DNA of 64,000 nucleotides from Candidatus Limisoma sp. (GCA_051872155.1 JBJEDO010000024.1:3542-67541), one strand, 5' to 3'. Numbered from the stretch's first letter, positions 28,374 through 37,724 are shown. Notes: generated by a model from the sequence alone, not told the origin. Made by a program: numbers and translations.

Positions 28374-30460
28374 AAGTGCGAGCAAAACATGGCGAGTTTA
28401 CCGTCCGACTGACCGAGGCTGCTAATCGGTTGCATCGACGTAAATTCGCCTTTTGCGTTGTAGAAAAATTGAACTTTCGCCACGCCGTCGGTCTGCATAT
28501 GGTAGGTGTCGCAATAGTTTTCCGACGTCACGTTGAGCAACGTAATGCCGTCGCTGTCGACCAATTCGCGCACGTAGGCAAACAGTTTTTCCGCCAAAGG
28601 ACGTTCGGGAGCGCAGAACTTCACCTCCGTTCCGCCCAACGAACGGCGAACGATGGCGTCCGCCTCTTGCTCAAATACATCGCCCGACCGATTGGCAATG
28701 GTCGTCTTCGTATAGCCTTTTGAATTGTACCAAAGCACAAACGTAGCACTCTCGGCGGCATTGCACAGCGTGATGCGATGCTGATAGGCATACCGACGGT
28801 CTTCCGACGCCGACATCCCGGCATGCAACGCCAATCGCTGAATTCGGCTAAACCGCTCGTCGCGATAGTCCATATCGGAACTTGCCGTCGAGACCTTCAA
28901 CTTCGGCTGCGACTGAATCGGGCGCACAACGAGTGTCGACAAATAGTTGAACTGCGGAGCGCGATAGAGCCAAAGGCATCCGCTACTGCGCGTTATCGAC
29001 GTATATGCCCAACGGAAATAGGTCTCGCACGATTGACTGCCGCCGGCGCGATTCATGTCGACAAACACGTTGCGCCACTCGCCGCCCTGCGCCTTGTGAC
29101 ACGTTATGGCGTAGCCGTACTTGCACACTACGGCGTTGAAATATTCGTCTTTCTGCACGTTGTCGACGTAGGATTTCACCATATTTTCGAGATTCGAATT
29201 GCCCTTCATCTCGTCGGGATTGTTGAGCGCCGAGCGGATTTCCTTAAGGTGCTTGCGCATTTTTTCCGGCAATTTATCGTGGAAGAGCACCGTCTGCGCT
29301 TGCACGACCGCCTTCGATACGATGGCGTTCTCGTCGTCGATAAAGTTGTCAAGCAACATCACACGGGCTTCCTTACGCTGCCCGTACGAGCGATACTCAA
29401 TCTTCACTTTGCGAAAAGCCAAATCGACCAACATGTCGGAACCGCGAAGGCGCACCGGATAGCGCTCGACGGCGGCATCGGAGTCGCACTCGACCACACG
29501 CACGAAACTGCCGTTGAACAGTTCGCAATCCGTGCGATAGTTGTTGCGAGCAATCATCAACAACTCGCCGGGCAAAAGTCGTGCGACGTTCGTACCGAAA
29601 TAATGTCGGCGGATGGCTTGATTGTACTGCAAAGCCTGCCGATTGGTATGCGTGATGACAATGCTCTGCGGAGAGGGCTTGTCGGGCATAAGCCGGAAGT
29701 AAGGCTCCAGCAAATCGTTGTCCGCCTTAATCACATCGTCGGCATATTCGACAGCGAACGACATAAACGCCCGTCGGTCGATGCTTCGGCGCAGCGCTGT
29801 GGCATTGAGCAAAATCCCGCTCTCGACGTCTTGACGCACCACTTCGTCGAGCAAAGCCACTCGGCAATCGACGTTATAGTGAGTCGAAAGATAGTCTTGA
29901 TCCATCGCCGGCGACAGGGTCTGCCCCACCGGCGGCAACTGTGCGTAGTCGCCCACGAAAACAATCTTTCTGCCGTCGGCATAACCGAACAAGTCTTTCA
30001 GAAGATGTCCGCTGCCGAACGTAAACAAATCATTCTCGGAGTAGCAATCTTGTATCATCGACGCCTCGTCGACAAAATAGATGGAATCTTTGCTGTCGTC
30101 GTTCTTGCGCAAAACGAATTTCAGCTGAATGATATCGTCTTCGCTGACGTTATTCATCCGGCGCTTGCTGCTGTTGCTCAGCATATAGATGGCACGATGG
30201 ACCGTCGACGCTTGCAGCCCGGTCTTTTCCGACAAAATCATCGCCGCGCGACCCGTCGGCGCCATCACGTTGCATATGCGTCCCGCCGCTTGCTCGTCGG
30301 CGGCTGAATTGCGAACGATGTCGACAAACTCTTTAAGAATCGTCGTTTTTCCCGTTCCGGCAGCACCTTTAAGAATGAAAACCGTGCTGTCGTCGTCAAG
30401 AAATCGTCGGAAAGCATCGATGGCGCTTTGCTGCGACCGTGTGTATTCAAAATTTCCCAT
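28355..30460 (-). CDS. SF1 RecD/Pif1-like DNA helicase with ~230-aa C-terminal extension
   Basis: 'SQQSAIDAF...FILKGAAGTGKTT' (Walker A), 'IYFVDEASM' (Walker B), 'VGDYAQLPPV', 'ITCHKAQGGEW' (RecD motif VI-like). The C-terminal part contains two similar ~90-aa units (FVLWYNSKGYTKT and VQFFYNAKGEFTS). Confidence 0.8.
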   Translation of the reverse strand: MGNFEYTRSQQSAIDAFRRFLDDDSTVFILKGAAGTGKTTILKEFVDIVRNSAADEQAAGRICNVMAPTGRAAMILSEKTGLQASTVHRAIYMLSNSSKRRMNNVSEDDIIQLKFVLRKNDDSKDSIYFVDEASMIQDCYSENDLFTFGSGHLLKDLFGYADGRKIVFVGDYAQLPPVGQTLSPAMDQDYLSTHYNVDCRVALLDEVVRQDVESGILLNATALRRSIDRRAFMSFAVEYADDVIKADNDLLEPYFRLMPDKPSPQSIVITHTNRQALQYNQAIRRHYFGTNVARLLPGELLMIARNNYRTDCELFNGSFVRVVECDSDAAVERYPVRLRGSDMLVDLAFRKVKIEYRSYGQRKEARVMLLDNFIDDENAIVSKAVVQAQTVLFHDKLPEKMRKHLKEIRSALNNPDEMKGNSNLENMVKSYVDNVQKDEYFNAVVCKYGYAITCHKAQGGEWRNVFVDMNRAGGSQSCETYFRWAYTSITRSSGCLWLYRAPQFNYLSTLVVRPIQSQPKLKVSTASSDMDYRDERFSRIQRLALHAGMSASEDRRYAYQHRITLCNAAESATFVLWYNSKGYTKTTIANRSGDVFEQEADAIVRRSLGGTEVKFCAPERPLAEKLFAYVRELVDSDGITLLNVTSENYCDTYHMQTDGVAKVQFFYNAKGEFTSMQPISSLGQSDGKLAMFCSHFQSSSE

Positions 30461-30476
30461 CCCTCACGCTAACGAA

Positions 30477-31406
30477 TCAGAACGGCTTTCTATATTTGTC
30501 GTCGGCGCTGTCGTCGATAATGCTCAGATAGCTGGCATAGCGCGACTCGCTGATAAGATGATTTTCCAACGCCTCTTTGACGGCGCAACCCGGCTCGTGA
30601 CGGTGCGTGCAATTGCCATATTTGCAGTCGGCGGATATGCGGAAAATCTCCGGAAAGAAGTGCGCAACTTCTTCGGTGGCGAAATCAATCGTGCCGAAGC
30701 CTTTTATGCCGGGAGTGTCGATAATGTAGCCGCCATCGGCAAGTTCGTACATTTCGGAGAACGTCGTGGTGTGCATGCCCGTGTGATGCGTCTGCGACAC
30801 TTCCGCCGTGCGAGCTGCAGCACCGGGCACCAGGCGATTGATGAGCGTCGACTTACCCACTCCGGAATTGCCCGAAAGCAACGTGGTCTTGCCTTGCAAC
30901 ATCGTGCGGATTTCGTCGAGCCCGATGTCTTCAGCCGCCGAAACCTCGACAACGCGATAGCCTATCGACTCGTAGAGATAGCGCACGCCGTCGCAATATT
31001 CGCGCATTTCGTCGTCGAGCAAATCTATCTTGTTGATAACAATCACCGCCGGCACGCGATAAGCCTCCGCCGTTGCCAAAAAGCGGTCGATAAACGTCGT
31101 CGACGTCAGCGGGTTGACCAACGATACGACAAGCATTGCCGCATCGAGATTAGAAGCAATGATGTGCGACTCCTTCGACAGATTCGACGCGCGACGAATG
31201 ATGTAGTTGCGGCGCTGATGCACCTCAACAATAAATGCAACGTCGGCATTTTCTACTATCGTAACGCGGTCGCCCACCGACACCGGATTAGTGGTGCGCA
31301 GTCCTTTCAACCGAAAATTGCCTTTTACTTTACAATTGACGTATCGCAAATCGTCGGTCTTTACCACATACCAACTGCCGGTATTCTTTACTACTAATCC
31401 TTCCAT
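30477..31406 (-). CDS. rsgA: Ribosome small-subunit-dependent GTPase A
   Basis: [19 protein letters not shown] (OB-fold N-terminus), [20 protein letters not shown]-terminal zinc knuckle [16 protein letters not shown]. Confidence 0.93.
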   Translation of the reverse strand: MEGLVVKNTGSWYVVKTDDLRYVNCKVKGNFRLKGLRTTNPVSVGDRVTIVENADVAFIVEVHQRRNYIIRRASNLSKESHIIASNLDAAMLVVSLVNPLTSTTFIDRFLATAEAYRVPAVIVINKIDLLDDEMREYCDGVRYLYESIGYRVVEVSAAEDIGLDEIRTMLQGKTTLLSGNSGVGKSTLINRLVPGAAARTAEVSQTHHTGMHTTTFSEMYELADGGYIIDTPGIKGFGTIDFATEEVAHFFPEIFRISADCKYGNCTHRHEPGCAVKEALENHLISESRYASYLSIIDDSADDKYRKPF

Positions 31407-31410
31407 ACCA

Positions 31411-31418
31411 CAAAGGTA
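31411..31418 (-). promoter_or_regulatory. -7 box (TAccTTTG on minus strand) only 4 nt upstream of the rsgA ATG
   Basis: Minus strand reads TTACCTTTGTGGTATGGAAGG. The box ends 4 nt before the ATG, which implies a leaderless or near-leaderless mRNA. Confidence 0.45.
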
Positions 31419-31517
31419 ATAAATTTCCCGTCATTTTCCAAAAGAGCGTCAAAATGCATCAACAGAATATTTACTTCAAATATTTATCGAAAAAGTTGCA
31501 TTTTTAACGACAATTTA

Positions 31518-31525
31518 TACATTTG
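31518..31525 (+). promoter_or_regulatory. -7 box (TAcaTTTG)
   Basis: Exact match 27 nt upstream of ATG 31553. It overlaps the alternative start at 31523 and so argues against that start. Confidence 0.5.
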
Positions 31526-31552
31526 CGACATATTAACCAACCCAACCACACT

Positions 31553-32287
31553 ATGAAACAGAAAATCATAGCTGCCATTGCAGCAATCAGCGTATCGTTT
31601 TGTGCAAATGCCATCGGTCCAAACGTGTTTAACCACCTGGGAGTCAACGCCGGAGTCGGCACAACCGGTATTTCAATCGAAGCGGCTACGCCGATTACCA
31701 ACTTCTTACAACTTCGTGCAGGTGCATCGTTTGTTCCGTCAATCAAATTCCACACCACGGAGACTATCAGCTACAGCCTTATGGGTGTGCCTACCGAAAC
31801 GGATGCAAGAATTACCGGCGACTTTAAGCGCACACAAGGACAAGTGATTTTGAATGTCTACCCGATTCCGAAGTGCTCGTTATTTGTGTCGGCAGGCGCA
31901 TATTTCGGCGGCGATAAACTCATCAAAATCAGCGGACACTCCGACGAAGTTGCCGCAGCACAAGAAGCCGGCGCAATCAGCACGGTTACTATTGGTAACT
32001 ACGAACTCCCATTGGAGGAAAACGGAAACGTTCACGGCTATATGAAAGTGGCTAAAGTTCGCCCGTACGTCGGCATCGGCTGGGGTCGAGCCATCCCGAG
32101 CAAGTTGGTAAACTTCAACGTCGAATTAGGTGTGCAAATGCATAAAACGCCGAAAATCTACGACAGCAAGAATGTGGAAGTGCCGATTTCCGCAGGACTC
32201 GACAACGACGACGCCTTTCAAAAGATTATGGACAAGTTATCGGTCTGGCCCGTGCTTACATTCCGCATTAGCGGCAAAATCTTTTAA
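31553..32287 (+). CDS. Outer-membrane beta-barrel-like protein (family not assigned)
   Basis: Signal peptide MKQKIIAAIAAISVSFCANA. Alternating-polarity strands. C-terminal ...LTFRISGKIF (terminal Phe) is typical of OMP barrels. Confidence 0.6.
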   Translation: MKQKIIAAIAAISVSFCANAIGPNVFNHLGVNAGVGTTGISIEAATPITNFLQLRAGASFVPSIKFHTTETISYSLMGVPTETDARITGDFKRTQGQVILNVYPIPKCSLFVSAGAYFGGDKLIKISGHSDEVAAAQEAGAISTVTIGNYELPLEENGNVHGYMKVAKVRPYVGIGWGRAIPSKLVNFNVELGVQMHKTPKIYDSKNVEVPISAGLDNDDAFQKIMDKLSVWPVLTFRISGKIF

Positions 32288-32310
32288 CGACCGTCAAGTC
32301 GACGATACAA

Positions 32311-32338
32311 AAAAAGAGGGTGTTCGCGCCCTCTTTTT
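32311..32338 (+). terminator. Rho-independent terminator
   Basis: AAAAAGAGGGTG-ttcg-CGCCCTCTTTTT. Confidence 0.75.
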
Positions 32339-32459
32339 ATACGCATCTCCATTAGGAGCAGCTGCAGTGCTCGTTATGATGTCGCGTACCATCGACGGTG
32401 TAAGTTCCGGACGAGCTTGAAGAATCAACAGAGCCAAACCGGTAACTTGCGGCCATCCA

Positions 32460-33275
32460 CTATCGACTCCGCTTGAGGTAGTCGAAAATAATTTTCAATT
32501 CATAGTCCATACGCGGAATCTCAACTATCTCATAGTTGTCAAGCGATGGATGGAGCACAACGAGATTCATTCGTTCAATGCGCAGACCATAGTAAGTCTC
32601 GAGGATGTAGCGATAAAGATTCTGCTGCAAGCAGTAGTGCGTATACGATGTGTCGGTAAGGTGCTCAAGCCCGTTTATGCCTGAACTCCAACGATTGATT
32701 TCGTCGGGGTCGATTTTCGAACTCCGTTTCCAGTCGTAGATTTCGAAAGCACCGTCGGCAGTACGGCAAAGCAGGTCGATTGTTCCGGCAATGCGATGCT
32801 CGGCGTCGAAGACTTTCCACTCCGTGCGAAACGGTTGGTAGTCGACTTCGGCATCGAAACGCTTAAACAAATTCCATTCGTGCGAAATGTCGAACGACTT
32901 CCGCTCCGAATGCAGCGTTCCATTATATTCAAAGTCGTAATGCAAGTCGGGCTCGGCACCGGAATTAATGTATAGTTCGATTTGGCGATGCATGTGCGTA
33001 CCTGCGCCTGCCGCACAGAGTCCTTTTGCCTCCCACTCTTGACACAGACGCTGTGCCGCCACGTCGCTGCTTGTCTTTCGCCGACTCCAATATTCTGCGT
33101 CGAAAGGCTTAAAAAATTTCGCAACGACGCTCGAAACCGGAGTCATTTCGCCGATTCCTGCAACCGTATATGTATGAGTAGTCTCCTCAAATGAGATTCG
33201 TTTGTCCTGTTCAAACTCCAATTCAGAGCCGTCTAAGTTTCTTTCCATATTTTGATCTTGTATTATTATGTTCAT
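32460..33275 (-). CDS. PD-(D/E)XK nuclease superfamily protein (RecB/Cas4-like exonuclease fold, no Fe-S cysteines)
   Basis: 'THTYTV', 'GTHMHRQIELYI', 'AGTIDLL...FEIYDWKRS', 'YCLQQNLYRYIL' follow the H / G.H..IE / D / E.x.K / Y..Q..Y order of PDDEXK nucleases. Start uncertain: ATG 33275, ATG 33248 or TTG 33329. Confidence 0.65.
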   Translation of the reverse strand: MNIIIQDQNMERNLDGSELEFEQDKRISFEETTHTYTVAGIGEMTPVSSVVAKFFKPFDAEYWSRRKTSSDVAAQRLCQEWEAKGLCAAGAGTHMHRQIELYINSGAEPDLHYDFEYNGTLHSERKSFDISHEWNLFKRFDAEVDYQPFRTEWKVFDAEHRIAGTIDLLCRTADGAFEIYDWKRSSKIDPDEINRWSSGINGLEHLTDTSYTHYCLQQNLYRYILETYYGLRIERMNLVVLHPSLDNYEIVEIPRMDYELKIIFDYLKRSR

Positions 33276-33370
33276 ATTCAGCACATTAAAAATGTGCACA
33301 AAAAAAATTGATTGTCTCCCGACAACCAATCTTAATTAACCTTAAATCTAATACCATGAAAAACACATTG

Positions 33371-33378
33371 CAAATGTA
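33371..33378 (-). promoter_or_regulatory. -7 box (TAcaTTTG on minus strand) upstream of the nuclease gene
   Basis: CAAATGTA on the plus strand, in the ~23% G+C spacer. Confidence 0.35.
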
Positions 33379-33572
33379 CAAACAATATTTGTAATAGCAA
33401 CAAAATATCAAAAAAATCGCACCGAATTAACCATATTTAACCGTGATTTAAGAATAGATTAACAAAATGAAATAAATCATTCTGTATTCCGAAGCATTTG
33501 TCACCGTAATTTTAGGCAAAATGCAAAAAAACTGCAGAAAAATCGATAATTTTTACCACAAAATCGAACAAA

Positions 33573-33974
33573 ATGGATAGTAAATTAGTTATTATAGTAG
33601 AACAACCACAAAAAACTATGATAAGTAAAGAGGGCATACGATGTTTATACCGCAGCAAAGGACCGTCGGGAGGCTTTTCCGAGGAGTTTTTGCAAAACAT
33701 TTGTGAGAAGTGCCGAAAATTTCATCGTATAGAAATAAAGGATGGATTTTTGGTAATCGGGACACTCGACACTAACAATCCGTTTCGCCGAATAAAGTTT
33801 TCGTGCATACAAAACATCGAAGATTTAGGCGACGAAGTAGCAGTGGTGCTTAATCCGTGCATAATATTTTTCAACAACATCACCGGAAAAATCAACATAA
33901 ATCTGCGCAACGAGCAACGCCGCGCAACTATCATCTGGCGCTGGCTGCGAAAGATGCTACGATTCGGCTTTTAG
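33573..33974 (+). CDS. Hypothetical 133-aa protein (ORFan)
   Basis: The only sizeable ORF in a low-G+C patch. Its 3' end overlaps the tilS 3' end by 18 nt. No motif recognised. Confidence 0.35.
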   Translation: MDSKLVIIVEQPQKTMISKEGIRCLYRSKGPSGGFSEEFLQNICEKCRKFHRIEIKDGFLVIGTLDTNNPFRRIKFSCIQNIEDLGDEVAVVLNPCIIFFNNITGKININLRNEQRRATIIWRWLRKMLRFGF

Positions 33975-35285
33975 AATAACAATAACTTTCGTTTCGCTGC
34001 CGACGGCATAATGCCCGGCGGCACGATGACCGACAATCCATAGAATCTTATCTCCCTCGCAAAGCAGCCACGTTTTGCGCTTTTGGAGTATCGAAAATTT
34101 ATTATCCGAAAAATAGTCGCTCAGTTTTTTCCAGCCCTTCATACCGAAAGGCTGAAAACGGTCGCCCTGTCGCCAATGCCGCAGCGTAAGTTTGGCGTCG
34201 AGAATTTTTTCATCGAAATAAGCCACAGCCGCACCTCCGTCGAACCGAAAATCGGCGGTATGGTCAACGACCGTGCAATCTAACTTAATCGGCAAGTCGG
34301 TCACGTCGTCGAGCGAAAAAGCGTATTCGGCATCGTCAGCCACGTCGGGTGCAACAATGATTTCGCCTCGACTGCGCTCCGCCACGTAGCCGTTTGCCTC
34401 AAACAGCGCACCCGGCAGTCCGCCGCGCAGCATATCATCAAGTTGCGACGACGTAAAGCCGTAGGGATGCAAAAATTCGTGGAGCAGCGTCGCCGGATGC
34501 TCCGAGCGAAGCAAGCCGTCGAGGTCGACGTGCAACAGATTGCCGTCGGTGCGACACAGTTGGTTGCGACGCTCGCCAATAGCTGCACGAAACACCGCCA
34601 AATCACCGCGAAGATTCGAAATCGTATCGAGAATAGCTTGGTCGGCTCCGGGAAACTCGCGTAGCAAGGTCGGCATAACGATATTTCGAATTTTGTTGCG
34701 CTTGTAATCGCTCTGCAGGTTTGTGCTGTCGACCACAAACGATTCGCCGACAGCCGAAAGATAGTCCTCAATGTCGGCACGTCGCACGCAGAGCAACGGG
34801 CGAACGACGGAGCCGTTGCGCGGCTTGATGCCTACAATTCCGGAGATGCCCGTACCGCGGAGGAGGTTTAGAAAAAACGTCTCGATGCAGTCGTCGGCGT
34901 GGTGGGCAACGGCAATGGCACGACAACGGTAGCGAACGCGCAGTTGGTCGAACCACTCGTAGCGAAGTTCGCGGCAAGCCATTTCGACCGAGCATCCGTG
35001 TGCGGCGCGATAGCCCTCAACGTCGAAGTCGACGAAACTGCACTCCACGCCCAAACGCGACGTCAGTCGGCGAACGAACGCCTCGTCGCGTGCCGATTCG
35101 TCGCCGCGTAGATGGAAATTGCAATGACAAGCGCGACAGGGATAGCCTAACGCTCTGAGTATAAGCAGCAAAGCGACCGAATCGGCGCCGCCGCTAAGCG
35201 TCACCAAAACGTCGCCCGAGCCGTCGAGAAGCCCCTCGCGAGCAACATAATCGGCTATCTTCTGCTCAAATTTCGTTTTTTCCAT
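33957..35285 (-). CDS. tilS: tRNA(Ile)-lysidine synthase
   Basis: MEKTKFEQKIADYV...VLVTLSGGADSVALLL (PP-loop SGGxDS near the N-terminus). 442 aa. The 655-aa ORF in the track is an upstream extension running antisense through pheS. Confidence 0.9.
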   Translation of the reverse strand: MEKTKFEQKIADYVAREGLLDGSGDVLVTLSGGADSVALLLILRALGYPCRACHCNFHLRGDESARDEAFVRRLTSRLGVECSFVDFDVEGYRAAHGCSVEMACRELRYEWFDQLRVRYRCRAIAVAHHADDCIETFFLNLLRGTGISGIVGIKPRNGSVVRPLLCVRRADIEDYLSAVGESFVVDSTNLQSDYKRNKIRNIVMPTLLREFPGADQAILDTISNLRGDLAVFRAAIGERRNQLCRTDGNLLHVDLDGLLRSEHPATLLHEFLHPYGFTSSQLDDMLRGGLPGALFEANGYVAERSRGEIIVAPDVADDAEYAFSLDDVTDLPIKLDCTVVDHTADFRFDGGAAVAYFDEKILDAKLTLRHWRQGDRFQPFGMKGWKKLSDYFSDNKFSILQKRKTWLLCEGDKILWIVGHRAAGHYAVGSETKVIVILKAES

Positions 35286-35289
35286 ACCA

Positions 35290-35297
35290 CAAAGATA
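35290..35297 (-). promoter_or_regulatory. -7 box (TAtcTTTG on minus strand) 4 nt upstream of the tilS ATG
   Basis: Minus strand reads TCTATCTTTGTGGTATGGAAAA. The 15-mer CTTTGTGGTATGGAA is shared with the rsgA start. Confidence 0.45.
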
Positions 35298-35318
35298 GAA
35301 CATTAGCCGAAAAAATAC

Positions 35319-35326
35319 TATCTTTG
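35319..35326 (+). promoter_or_regulatory. -7 box (TAtcTTTG) for pheS
   Basis: Exact match 20 nt upstream of ATG 35347, back-to-back with the tilS box. Confidence 0.55.
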
Positions 35327-35346
35327 CAGAAAAATAATCCAACAAA

Positions 35347-36366
35347 ATGTTAGAAAAGATAAACGAACTGAAGAACGCAATCGAGAGCCTGTCTGCCAAG
35401 AGCAAAGACGAGGTAGAGGCATTGCGCATCAAATATCTGAGCAAGAAGGGCGAAGTGTCTGCCCTGTTCAACGATTTTCGCAACGTGCCCAACGAGCAAA
35501 AGCGCGAAATCGGGCAGAAGCTCAATGAGTTGAAAAATCTTGCAACAGAGAAGATTAACAGCCTTCGCGAAGCTGTAGAAAGCGGCGACAGCGACGAAAC
35601 GGCAATTGACTTGAGCCGCACGTCGTCGCCGATAGAATTAGGCACGCGCCACCCGATTTCGCTCATTCGCAACGAAATCATTTCGATATTCTCGCGTCTG
35701 GGCTTTTCGATTGCCGAAGGTCCGGAAATCGAAGACGATTGGCACGTGTTCTCGGCGCTCAACTTTGCAGCCGACCACCCGGCACGCGACATGCAAGACA
35801 CGTTCTTCATCCAACGCAGTCCCGACGTGCTGCTTCGCACGCACACATCGTCGGTGCAATCGCGCGTAATGACCACCACAGAGCCCCCGATTCGCATCAT
35901 CTGCCCGGGACGCGTATACCGCAACGAAGCAATTTCGGCTCGCGCTCACTGCTTCTTCCACCAAATCGAAGCGCTCTACATCGACAAAAACGTATCGTTT
36001 GCCGACCTAAAGCAGACGTTGCTCTACTTTGCACGCGAGATGTTCGGCGCCGACACGCAAATCCGCTTGCGTCCGTCGTACTTCCCCTTCACCGAGCCGT
36101 CGGCTGAAATGGACATTTCCTGCCACCTTTGCGGCGGTAAGGGCTGCGGATTCTGCAAGCACACCGGTTGGGTGGAAATCCTCGGCTGCGGCATGGTCGA
36201 CCCGAACGTGCTCGAAGCATGCGGAATCGACAGCAAGGTCTACAGCGGCTTTGCGCTCGGTATGGGCGTTGAGCGAATCACCAACCTGAAATATCGCGTA
36301 AAAGACTTGCGTATGTTCTCCGAAAACGACGTACGCTTCCTCGACGAGTTTACTTCAGCACATTAA
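35347..36366 (+). CDS. pheS: Phenylalanine--tRNA ligase alpha subunit
   Basis: 339 aa. 'HPARDMQDTFF', 'LLRTHTSSVQ', 'FPFTEPSAEMD', 'GFALGMGVERI' are class II aaRS PheS motifs. Confidence 0.96.
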   Translation: MLEKINELKNAIESLSAKSKDEVEALRIKYLSKKGEVSALFNDFRNVPNEQKREIGQKLNELKNLATEKINSLREAVESGDSDETAIDLSRTSSPIELGTRHPISLIRNEIISIFSRLGFSIAEGPEIEDDWHVFSALNFAADHPARDMQDTFFIQRSPDVLLRTHTSSVQSRVMTTTEPPIRIICPGRVYRNEAISARAHCFFHQIEALYIDKNVSFADLKQTLLYFAREMFGADTQIRLRPSYFPFTEPSAEMDISCHLCGGKGCGFCKHTGWVEILGCGMVDPNVLEACGIDSKVYSGFALGMGVERITNLKYRVKDLRMFSENDVRFLDEFTSAH

Positions 36367-36381
36367 AGATACAACCGCCAA

Positions 36382-36415
36382 GCCCCCAAGCGATGCATCA
36401 GCACTGTTTGGGGGC
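36382..36415 (+). terminator. Stem-loop after pheS (no U-tail)
   Basis: GCCCCCAA ... TTGGGGGC (8-bp GC-rich stem, 18-nt loop). It lies inside the alternative nth start at 36393 and so argues against that start. Confidence 0.4.
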
Positions 36416-36467
36416 ATACTTACGGCGATGTCGGCAAACTATTCGCCATCGACATAACAAGTTGAAT

Positions 36468-37103
36468 ATGAGAGAGAAAGAACGGTATAGCCACATCATC
36501 GAATGGTTTTCGGTCAATATGCCCAAAGCAGAGACCGAACTCCACTACGACACACCTTTTCACCTGCTCGTAGCCGTCATCTTGTCGGCGCAATGCACAG
36601 ACAAGCGTGTCAACATAGTTACGCCCCCACTCTTTGCCGACTTCCCTACCCCGGAAGTGATGGCAGCGTCGAATCCGGAAACGATTTTCGAATACATCAA
36701 AAGCGTAACCTTCCCTAACAACAAAGCCAAATCGCTTATCGGCGCGGCACGAATGCTCGTCGACAAATACGGCGGCGAAGTGCCCGACACGCTCGACGAA
36801 TTGGTCAAAATACCCGGCGTGGGGCGCAAAACGGCAAACGTAATGCTCGCCGTGGTCTACAACAAGCCGGCAATGGCTGTCGACACTCACGTCTTCCGCG
36901 TGGCTAATCGTATCGGGCTTACAAACAATTCGAAAACGCCGTTCGAGACCGAGAAAAAACTCGTTGCCAACATCCCCGCCGACCTGCTACCGAAGGCGCA
37001 TCACTGGCTGATACTACACGGACGATACGTCTGCACGGCGCGCAACCCGAAATGCACGGAATGTGGCATCACGCCCTACTGCAAACACTTCAACAAAAAG
37101 TAG
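36468..37103 (+). CDS. nth: Endonuclease III
   Basis: 'LLVAVILSAQCTDKRVN', HhH 'LVKIPGVGRKTANV', 'VDTHVFRV', Fe-S cluster C..ARNPKCTECGITPYC. 211 aa from ATG 36468. Confidence 0.92.
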   Translation: MREKERYSHIIEWFSVNMPKAETELHYDTPFHLLVAVILSAQCTDKRVNIVTPPLFADFPTPEVMAASNPETIFEYIKSVTFPNNKAKSLIGAARMLVDKYGGEVPDTLDELVKIPGVGRKTANVMLAVVYNKPAMAVDTHVFRVANRIGLTNNSKTPFETEKKLVANIPADLLPKAHHWLILHGRYVCTARNPKCTECGITPYCKHFNKK

Positions 37104-37109
37104 CAACCG

Positions 37110-37724
37110 ATGGAAGCAACAATCTCGCTCATACTCGAAATAATCGGGACGATAGCCTTCGCCATCAGCGGCATAAAACTTGCCGCGGCAAAGAAGTTCG
37201 ACTGGTTCGGAGCCTACATCGTCGGGCTGATGACAGCCATCGGCGGCGGAACGCTCCGCGACATACTGCTCGACACTACGCCCTTTTGGATGGTCAACGG
37301 ATGGTATCTGACCGTGACGGGACTCTCGTTGCTTTACGTCATCTTGTTCCGTCGACAACTCGAGCGTATGTCGAGCACGATACTCATCTTCGACACCATC
37401 GGACTCGCCCTGTTTGTCGTCATCGGAATACAAAAAACGCTGACATTCAACTACCCGATGTGGGTAGCCATCATAATGGGCACGCTGACAGGCGCTTTCG
37501 GCGGCGTTGTGCGCGACATTCTGCTCAACGACGTGCCGCTGATTTTCCGCAAAGACATCTACGGCACGGCATGTATCGCCGGCGGAATTGTCTATTGGCT
37601 GATGATTGTCTGCGACGCCGACCCGCTGCTGCAACAACTCTCGTGCGCATTCACCGTAATAATAATTCGGCTACTCGCCGTGAAATACAACTGGGCAATC
37701 CCGGTGCTAAGAAATAACGATTGA
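37110..37724 (+). CDS. TRIC/UPF0126-family cation channel (YadS/YicG-like)
   Basis: Two repeats of 'GTIAFAISG ... D..G......A.GGG..RD.LL' (GGGTLRDILL and FGGVVRDILL). Confidence 0.8.
   Translation: MEATISLILEIIGTIAFAISGIKLAAAKKFDWFGAYIVGLMTAIGGGTLRDILLDTTPFWMVNGWYLTVTGLSLLYVILFRRQLERMSSTILIFDTIGLALFVVIGIQKTLTFNYPMWVAIIMGTLTGAFGGVVRDILLNDVPLIFRKDIYGTACIAGGIVYWLMIVCDADPLLQQLSCAFTVIIIRLLAVKYNWAIPVLRNND

Noticed and set aside
35286-35924. N-terminal 213-codon extension of the tilS ORF (track ORF 33957-35924).
   Set aside because: It runs antisense through pheS, the TilS PP-loop sits correctly only if translation starts at ATG 35285, and a -7 box lies just upstream of that ATG.
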